A stretch of DNA of 64,000 bases from a bacterium HR21. Lineage in GTDB: Bacteria; Bacteroidota; Ignavibacteria; Kapaibacteriales; HRBIN21. Where the stretch lies: positions 265,473 through 329,472 of the forward strand of contig BEHX01000001.1 in assembly GCA_002898295.1 (NCBI GenBank), read 5' to 3'. Of this stretch, positions 57,739-64,000 are shown piece by piece (position 1 is the stretch's first letter; the number at the start of each line of letters is the position of its first letter). The notes below the pieces were generated by a model. It saw only the letters and a list, made by a program, of their open reading frames with translations, was not told the DNA's origin and did not search any database. Position numbers and translations under genes: made by a program.

Positions 57739-59087
57739 CGCCCGCTGCCGAGGAGCACAACTCGGGCACGTGAGCGCCGCACATGGCGACAGGCATTGCG
57801 TGTATCGATGACGACCCGGCTCCAGCGGCAGACCATCTCGTAGTCTACGCCGCTGTGATCGGTCGTGATCACAACGATGTGCTGCTGCCGCAGCAGCGTG
57901 GGTGTCAACTCCGGCATGGACTCCAGCCTCCGACCCAGGAACTCCACAGAGCGGATGTACGGATCGTAGTAGGCGAGCTGCCGGACACCGTCGTGCCAGA
58001 GCAATTCCATAATCTTGAGCGCCGGCGAATGCCGCAGGTCATCCACATCTCGCTTGAAGGCAACGCCCAGGAAGAGGACACGGGCACGCTCCAGCGACAC
58101 CGGTAGGCGGGCAATCTCCCGCTCGATAAGTCCCCGCACGTAGAAGGGCATGGACTCATTGACCTCCGCTGCCAGCGTGACGAAATTGGTCACAAAGTCA
58201 TACCGCCGTGCCACCCACGCCAGGTAGTACGGGTCAATCAGAATGCAGTGCCCACCGATACCCGGTCCAGGATAGAAGGGCATAAAGCCGAAAGGCTTCG
58301 TCGAGGCTGCCTCAATCACCTCCCAGATGTTGACCCCGAGCCGGTCGCAGAGTTGTGCCATCTCGTTGACCAGCGCGATGTTGACGCTGCGGAAGATGTT
58401 CTCCAGCAGCTTTGCCATCTCGGCAACCCGCGGGTTCCGCACCGGGACGACCTTCTGCACCACGAGCTCGAGAGCAGCTACCGCCAGCTCCGTACAGCGT
58501 TCGGTGACTCCACCGACCACCACGGGCGTGTTCGCCGTTGTCCAGACCCGATTCCCCGGATCAACCCGCTCGGGCGAGAACGCCAGGAAAAAATCCTCCC
58601 CAACCTGCAGCCCCGTCCGCTGGAGGAGGGGCAGCACGTACTCCTCGGTGGTGCCCGGGAAAGTCGTGCTCTTCAGCACGATGAGCTGTCCCGGACGGAG
58701 GGTCGCTGCGATGCTCTCGGTTGCCTGCAAGATGAAGGAAATGTCGGGATCTTTATGGGCGGTGAAGGGGGTTGGCACGCAGATGAAGAGCACATCGCAG
58801 TCGGCACAATGCCGGAAGTCTCCCGTCGGGATGAGCCGCCCGGTCTGGACCTGTTCGGCAAGTGCTGCTGTGGGAACGTCCCGGATATAGGACTGCCCCT
58901 GCTGGAGCTGGGAGATCTTCTCCGGCTTGATATCGAAGCCGAAGGTGCGAATACCAGCACGGGCGTACTCCAGCGCCAGTGGCAGCCCAACGTAGCCCAT
59001 GCCGAGAACGCCGACCGTGAGACGGCGTCGGCGAATGCGTTCGCGCAAATCCTCCCTGCTGGTTCGATGTCTGCCCATGGTGCTCAC
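57735..59087 (-). CDS. UDP-N-acetylhexosamine dehydrogenase (WbpA/WecC family)
   Basis: GMGYVGLP, CVPTP, SPERVDPG and GIGGHC motifs. Confidence 0.92.
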   Translation of the reverse strand: MSTMGRHRTSREDLRERIRRRRLTVGVLGMGYVGLPLALEYARAGIRTFGFDIKPEKISQLQQGQSYIRDVPTAALAEQVQTGRLIPTGDFRHCADCDVLFICVPTPFTAHKDPDISFILQATESIAATLRPGQLIVLKSTTFPGTTEEYVLPLLQRTGLQVGEDFFLAFSPERVDPGNRVWTTANTPVVVGGVTERCTELAVAALELVVQKVVPVRNPRVAEMAKLLENIFRSVNIALVNEMAQLCDRLGVNIWEVIEAASTKPFGFMPFYPGPGIGGHCILIDPYYLAWVARRYDFVTNFVTLAAEVNESMPFYVRGLIEREIARLPVSLERARVLFLGVAFKRDVDDLRHSPALKIMELLWHDGVRQLAYYDPYIRSVEFLGRRLESMPELTPTLLRQQHIVVITTDHSGVDYEMVCRWSRVVIDTRNACRHVRRSRARVVLLGSGR

Positions 59088-60130
59088 GGCATACTCTCTC
59101 CAGAGCGCAACATCTGCTCATACCACAGCCGTCGGTAGCGGGCGTACTCCCCATTCCAGAGCGGCTCCCACCAGGCTCGATTCTGGCGGTACCACTGGAC
59201 CGTCTGCTCCAGTCCTTCGTCGAAGGACACCCGCGGCTCCCATCCCAAGCTGCGGAGCCGGTCCCATTGCAGGGCATAGCGCCGGTCGTGTCCGGGGCGG
59301 TCAGGCACTGAGCGCAGCAGGCTCACCGATGCTCCCACCAGCTCCAGGATGCGGGTCACCACGTGCCGATTCTCCCACTCCACCCCACTGCTGACGTGGT
59401 AGACATTGCCGGGCTGACCAACGCAGCAGAGCAACCACAATGCCCGGCAGAGGTCCTCCACCGCCAGCCACTGCCGTCGCTGCGAGCCGTCTCCATAGAG
59501 AGGGATAGGTTCTCCCTGCAGCGCACAGAGGATGCTCATCGGGATGAGCTTCTCCGGGAACTGGTACGGTCCGTAGACGTTGCAACTGCGCACCAGGAAT
59601 GCCGGCACGCCGTAGGTACGCACGTACGCCTGCACGAAGCAATCCGCTGCCGCCTTCGAGGCGGCATAGGGAGAGCTGGGCATCAGCGGAGCATCTTCTG
59701 CCCACGCCCCAGTGAGGCACTCGCCGTAGACCTCGTCTGTGGACATCTGCACGAAGCGCCGGATGCCGAGCCGCCGGGCAACCTCCAGCAATGTCACTGT
59801 CCCCCGCACATTTGTGTCAACGAAGGGGTGGGCGTCAAGAATGGAGCGGTCGACGTGCGTGTGTGCTGCCAGATTGACGATTGTGTCGACCCGCGCGCGC
59901 TGGCATAGCTCCTGCACAAGCTCAGCGTCTTCAACCCGCCCGTGCACGATTTGGCACCGTGGATTCCCTTCGAGCTGCGCCAGATTCCGCCGCTGACCGG
60001 CGTAGGTGAAGGCATCGAGCACGATGACCCGAACATCGGTCTGCTGCAGAAGGTAGCGAACGAAGTTCGTCCCGATAAACCCCGCCCCACCGGTAACCAG
60101 GAGGGTCCGAGGGGCTACCTGCTCGCCCAT
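59084..60130 (-). CDS. rfbB: dTDP-glucose 4,6-dehydratase
   Basis: TGGAGFIG, THVDRSI, STDEVYG, YAASKA and DRPGHDRRY motifs. Confidence 0.93.
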   Translation of the reverse strand: MGEQVAPRTLLVTGGAGFIGTNFVRYLLQQTDVRVIVLDAFTYAGQRRNLAQLEGNPRCQIVHGRVEDAELVQELCQRARVDTIVNLAAHTHVDRSILDAHPFVDTNVRGTVTLLEVARRLGIRRFVQMSTDEVYGECLTGAWAEDAPLMPSSPYAASKAAADCFVQAYVRTYGVPAFLVRSCNVYGPYQFPEKLIPMSILCALQGEPIPLYGDGSQRRQWLAVEDLCRALWLLCCVGQPGNVYHVSSGVEWENRHVVTRILELVGASVSLLRSVPDRPGHDRRYALQWDRLRSLGWEPRVSFDEGLEQTVQWYRQNRAWWEPLWNGEYARYRRLWYEQMLRSGESMP

Positions 60131-60200
60131 GAGCACGCCCTCGCTGCCATGCCTGCTTGCTCGTCTATGTGCGTTGTTCGCGTTCCGGAAAGGCCCCACG

Positions 60201-60764
60201 ATGGGCGCGAAATTACTGCACACACTTGCCTGTCTTGCACTCAGCAGCACTCCGCTTTGGGGGCAATTTTTCCTGGACTTCTACTCGCAGGGGACGCTCG
60301 CCTGGCGTTTCCTGCGGAGCTCCGCAGCGGAGCTGCACGCGCTTCCCACAGTCGGGGTAGGGATCGCTAGCCGCCCACGCCCATTTTTCGCCTTCGGTCT
60401 CGACGTCACGCTCAGCGGTATGCAGATACGCACCGCCGAACAGACCCAGTACGCCGTTTGGGGTGAATTCCACTACCGCCTCCTCCTGCACGTGCGGTAC
60501 CGGCAGCGGGCGGAGGTGACCCCGAGCTTAGGACTCGAGTGGAGCATTCCCTTCGGGCTTGTCGGCTCGCAGGGCTGGCGCGGACAGGTAGTCCACGATC
60601 TCCGCTCCGTCCGATTCGGCACCTTTGCCGGGCTGAGCGCCCCGCTGCCGGGCAGACGGCGGTACATCCACTTGTTCCTCGGCGGGCAGTGGTTCCTGCG
60701 CTCCCCAGGCGCTCTTTCCGGGGCATTTCTCCCCGAGGTCAGGCTCGTGTGGGAAAGCCCGTAG
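60201..60764 (+). CDS. Hypothetical small outer-membrane beta-barrel protein
   Basis: Signal-like N-terminus and alternating hydrophobic pattern. Fills the gap between genes. Start uncertain. Confidence 0.5.
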   Translation: MGAKLLHTLACLALSSTPLWGQFFLDFYSQGTLAWRFLRSSAAELHALPTVGVGIASRPRPFFAFGLDVTLSGMQIRTAEQTQYAVWGEFHYRLLLHVRYRQRAEVTPSLGLEWSIPFGLVGSQGWRGQVVHDLRSVRFGTFAGLSAPLPGRRRYIHLFLGGQWFLRSPGALSGAFLPEVRLVWESP

Positions 60765-60768
60765 AAGC

Positions 60769-62136
60769 TTACTCGGCTGCCTCATCGGGCACATTGAGCT
60801 GGAGCATCTCTTCGAGCCGCTTCGGCAGGTGGCGCCGAATCCAGCGGGGGTAATCCCCATCGTAGCCGACACGGCGCTGCAGTTCCCGGACACGCTCGTC
60901 CAGAGCAGCACACTGCTGTGCTGACAGCGGTTCCCATCGAGTCAGGTGTTCGGCGATGCGTGCAGCTTGCTCGGCAGCCTGCGCTTGCTGCTCACGGTAG
61001 AGCGCCTCATGGAGCGAATCGCCCAGGTAGCGCTCAATGATTCGCTGCACCACGTGCCGGCTGTGGCGCAGACTCTCCTGAATATTCCCCCGCCCAGTGA
61101 CCGCATTGCCGACGACGAAGACGTTCTCGTAGCCCTCCAGGCGGCAGAGGTCGGGGTCGGACAGAGCGTACGCCTCACCCCGCATGGGCACATCTGGCAG
61201 AGGCTCCGGAATACTCCCGATGGAGGAAATCAGCAAGGGGGTGCGGACTTCGTACTCGGTACCCTGCACCGGTACCGCCTGCCCATCTTCGAGCCGTGCA
61301 TGGCAGAAGACCACCCCCACCAGGCGCCCGGCTTCTGTGAGAATGCCGACCGGCAGCCGCAGCTCTTGGAAGCGAAACAGGTAGCGCCGCATGGCTGTCT
61401 CCAGGACTTTGACTCGCACCACCTGCGCCCGCGCTAAACGTTCCGGGGTATCGGTCGGCATAGGCGTCAGGGGCATATCCAGCGCACGGCGTCGGTAGTA
61501 GAGTGTACAGCCGCGCAGCCCAAGCGCCTCCAGACTCAGCCCGTAGCGCTGCAGCAGGCGGTCAATCCCGTGTTCCATCTCGATGACATTCGTGACAATG
61601 CCCCGCCGGCGCAATGCCTCTTCTACCGTGAGCATCATGAGCGCTTTTGCCACATCAATGGAAGCAAGCCCACCGCCGACGACGACAGCGCCATCGGGGA
61701 TTTCGTACGACTCCACCCCACTATCCGGATCGTGCATGAGGTTGAACCACGCCATGAAGGGGTTCTGGTAGAAGAAGCCTCGACCGATGTATTGCTCGGC
61801 TTCCCGCACGGGGAAGGGACGGTCTCGCCACGCTCCATGAGCCAGGACAACGGCACTGACACCCCAGCGCAGGAGTTCCGGCAAGCGGATGTGCTCGCCC
61901 AGCCGCACTTTCGGCACGTAGCGCACCAGCGGATGCTGGAGCTTCGCATCGATGGCTGCCTCCTCCTTATTCCGAAGCCTGACGTGCCACTTGGGCAAGC
62001 CATATTCGATTTTGCCGTACGGGAGCGCATTCTGCTCCAGCACTGCCACCCGAATCCCTCGCTGAGCAAACTGCAGCGCCGCTTCGGCACCAGCAACAGC
62101 CCCACCGACAACAACCACGTAGTACCCGCTTTCCAT
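60769..62136 (-). CDS. FAD/NAD(P)-dependent oxidoreductase (ferredoxin-NADP reductase/GltD-like)
   Basis: VVGGAVAG, PYGKIEYG, second dinucleotide motif VVGGGLASID and YYRR. Confidence 0.75.
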   Translation of the reverse strand: MESGYYVVVVGGAVAGAEAALQFAQRGIRVAVLEQNALPYGKIEYGLPKWHVRLRNKEEAAIDAKLQHPLVRYVPKVRLGEHIRLPELLRWGVSAVVLAHGAWRDRPFPVREAEQYIGRGFFYQNPFMAWFNLMHDPDSGVESYEIPDGAVVVGGGLASIDVAKALMMLTVEEALRRRGIVTNVIEMEHGIDRLLQRYGLSLEALGLRGCTLYYRRRALDMPLTPMPTDTPERLARAQVVRVKVLETAMRRYLFRFQELRLPVGILTEAGRLVGVVFCHARLEDGQAVPVQGTEYEVRTPLLISSIGSIPEPLPDVPMRGEAYALSDPDLCRLEGYENVFVVGNAVTGRGNIQESLRHSRHVVQRIIERYLGDSLHEALYREQQAQAAEQAARIAEHLTRWEPLSAQQCAALDERVRELQRRVGYDGDYPRWIRRHLPKRLEEMLQLNVPDEAAE

Positions 62137-62263
62137 CCACCCCTCCAGTCCAGTTGCACGCTACGAAAATAGCCGTGCCAGCGAAATTTCTCCGTGAAGC
62201 ACACGTCCTCCTCCGAGCGGGAATCCTCCCCGGTGTGAGTCAGTCGGACCGGGAATCTCTCAG

Positions 62264-63181
62264 ATGGCACGGCGAGGCTCACGGACAAGCCCATTCGGGA
62301 GCCCCGAACGGGTATCGCACGATTCCACACCGTTCTACCGCCGCCGTCTCTACAGAGGGCTGCCCCAAGAGGAGCCCGTGCACTACACGGAGACGCCTCT
62401 GCCGGCGGAGTGCCGCAACCGCATTTTCTGTAAAAGCGCCGAATCCATGGAGGAGCTCCCCGCCTGCTCAGTACACTTGATGGTCACCTCCCCACCGTAC
62501 AACGTCGGCAAAGACTACGACGCAGACCTGACGCTGGAGGAGTACCGGGCATTCCTCAAGCGAGTCATGGCAGAGGTCTACCGCGTGCTTGTCCCCGGCG
62601 GACGAGCCTGTATCAACGTAGCCAATTTGGGGCGCCGTCCGTACCTGCCACTCCACGCCTACCTCATCATGGACATGCACGAGCTGGGATTCCTCATGCG
62701 GGGCGAAATCATCTGGGACAAATCCTCCAGCGCCAGCCCCTCAACCGCCTGGGGCAGCTGGTGCTCACCGCAGAATCCTGTCTTGCGAGACACTCACGAG
62801 TACATCCTCGTCTTCTGCAAGCAGAGCTTTCACCGCGGAAACCCTGCCGGACGCCGGGCAACACTGAGCCGTTCGGAGTTTCTGGAGCTTACCAAAAGTG
62901 TCTGGCGCTTCCCAGCGGAGCCTGCAGCCAAGGTTGGGCATCCGGCGCCATTCCCCGTTGAGCTCCCCTATCGCCTCATCCAGCTCTACACCTTCGAGGG
63001 CGAGGTCGTGCTCGATCCCTTCATGGGGAGCGGAACAACTGCTCTGGCTGCCCTCCAGACAGGTCGAGTCTTCGTTGGCTACGAGATCAACCCCGCCTAC
63101 GTTGCCCTGGCGCAGCAACGCCTCTGCGCAGCCTCTTCCCCGACGGCATCCTCCCGTGGGCAAGACATCTCTCGTGGCTGA
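62264..63181 (+). CDS. Site-specific DNA amino-methyltransferase (beta class, N4-C/N6-A), orphan
   Basis: Catalytic TSPPY precedes HPAPFP and the SAM-binding LDPFMGSGTT. Confidence 0.9.
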   Translation: MARRGSRTSPFGSPERVSHDSTPFYRRRLYRGLPQEEPVHYTETPLPAECRNRIFCKSAESMEELPACSVHLMVTSPPYNVGKDYDADLTLEEYRAFLKRVMAEVYRVLVPGGRACINVANLGRRPYLPLHAYLIMDMHELGFLMRGEIIWDKSSSASPSTAWGSWCSPQNPVLRDTHEYILVFCKQSFHRGNPAGRRATLSRSEFLELTKSVWRFPAEPAAKVGHPAPFPVELPYRLIQLYTFEGEVVLDPFMGSGTTALAALQTGRVFVGYEINPAYVALAQQRLCAASSPTASSRGQDISRG

Positions 63182-63256
63182 GCTGCACCCAAGAGGTGCG
63201 AAATTTCCCCCTCCCCTACACGTCTACTGCCGGCGGACAAGCCTCGGTCAGGGGCT

Positions 63257-64000
63257 ATGGAAATTCGGGAACTCCAGCGTGCTGACGTCGTCATCGTTTT
63301 CGCTGGAGACTCCGGCGACGGCATGCAACTGAGTGGTACCCAGTTTGCCCATGCCAGCGCCCTCCACGGGAACGATATCGCTACGCTGCCGAACTATCCG
63401 GCGGAAATCCGTGCTCCCCAGGGGACGCTTGCCGGTGTATCCAGCTTCCAACTCCGCTTCGGGAGCTTCGAGGTACTCACCCCCGGTGACGAGTGTGATG
63501 TCCTGGTTGCCCTCAATGCGGCTGCCCTGCGGACACACCTCCCACTGCTCAAACGCGGGGGAATCCTCATCGTCAACGAAGCCGGGTTTGACCGGCGCTC
63601 GTTGCGTCTGGCAGGGTACTCCGAAGAGCTGAATCCGCTGACAGACGGCAGCCTCTCCGACTACCAGCTCATCCGGCTCAATCTCAGCCAGCTCGTCGGG
63701 GCAGCGCTTGCTGACACAGGGCTTTCCGTGCGTGAGAAAGAGCGCATGAAGAACATGTTCGTCCTGGGGCTGCTGGCGTGGCTCTTCGACCGCCCCCTGG
63801 AGCATCTGGAGCAGCTTGTGCAGACGAAATTCCACACGCGGAATCCCGAGCTTGCGGCAGCGAATCTCCGTCTGCTGCGGGCGGGATACCACTTTGGGGA
63901 AACCTCTGAGCTTTTCACCGTGCGCTACGAGGTTCCCCGGGCTCCTCTCCCCCCGGGGCTTTACCGCAGCATTTCGGGCAACGAAGCTCTTCTCCTGGGT
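63257..64000 (+). CDS. korA: 2-oxoacid:ferredoxin oxidoreductase alpha subunit, N-terminal part (runs off window end)
   Basis: Manual translation gives MEIRELQRADVVIVFAGDSGDGMQLSG...YPAEIRAPQGT...KNMFVLG...ISGNEAL. Not in the ORF track. Confidence 0.9.
   Translation, partial: MEIRELQRADVVIVFAGDSGDGMQLSGTQFAHASALHGNDIATLPNYPAEIRAPQGTLAGVSSFQLRFGSFEVLTPGDECDVLVALNAAALRTHLPLLKRGGILIVNEAGFDRRSLRLAGYSEELNPLTDGSLSDYQLIRLNLSQLVGAALADTGLSVREKERMKNMFVLGLLAWLFDRPLEHLEQLVQTKFHTRNPELAAANLRLLRAGYHFGETSELFTVRYEVPRAPLPPGLYRSISGNEALLLG

Overview
A gene-dense, GC-rich bacterial chromosomal segment, most likely from an FCB-group organism (Bacteroidota/Chlorobi relative, Kapabacteria-like, plausibly thermophilic). 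The assignment is an inference from TAnnTTTG-type promoter elements, a PorD/DUF4835 gene, several proteins with T9SS-type C-termini and an archease-coupled RtcB. Most content is housekeeping or envelope: pyrC (partial), rnhB, folE, queD, lptD-like, oppBC, rpmB, rtcB/archease, OmpA, E2 acyltransferase, Omp85 fusion, mreB, ComEA-like, aldehyde dehydrogenase, panB, S8 protease, prfA, NYN, tRNA-Pro(CGG), a Tro/Mnt metal ABC operon with a DtxR regulator, accA, a polysaccharide cluster, an orphan amino-methyltransferase and korA (partial). I saw no CRISPR array, IS element or prophage. The most striking signal is not a gene. An identical, co-oriented 13-mer, TTGCAATAACGGC, occurs three times (7185, 21513, 23477), and each copy sits at a sharp local GC-skew inversion. 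Cytosine is almost absent 5' of the motif on both strands, so the + strand is G/T-rich on the left and C/A-rich on the right. The skew appears to have rewritten the overlapping protein sequences without breaking the frames. This looks like the footprint of a sequence-targeted, strand-specific DNA process that I cannot match to a known system.
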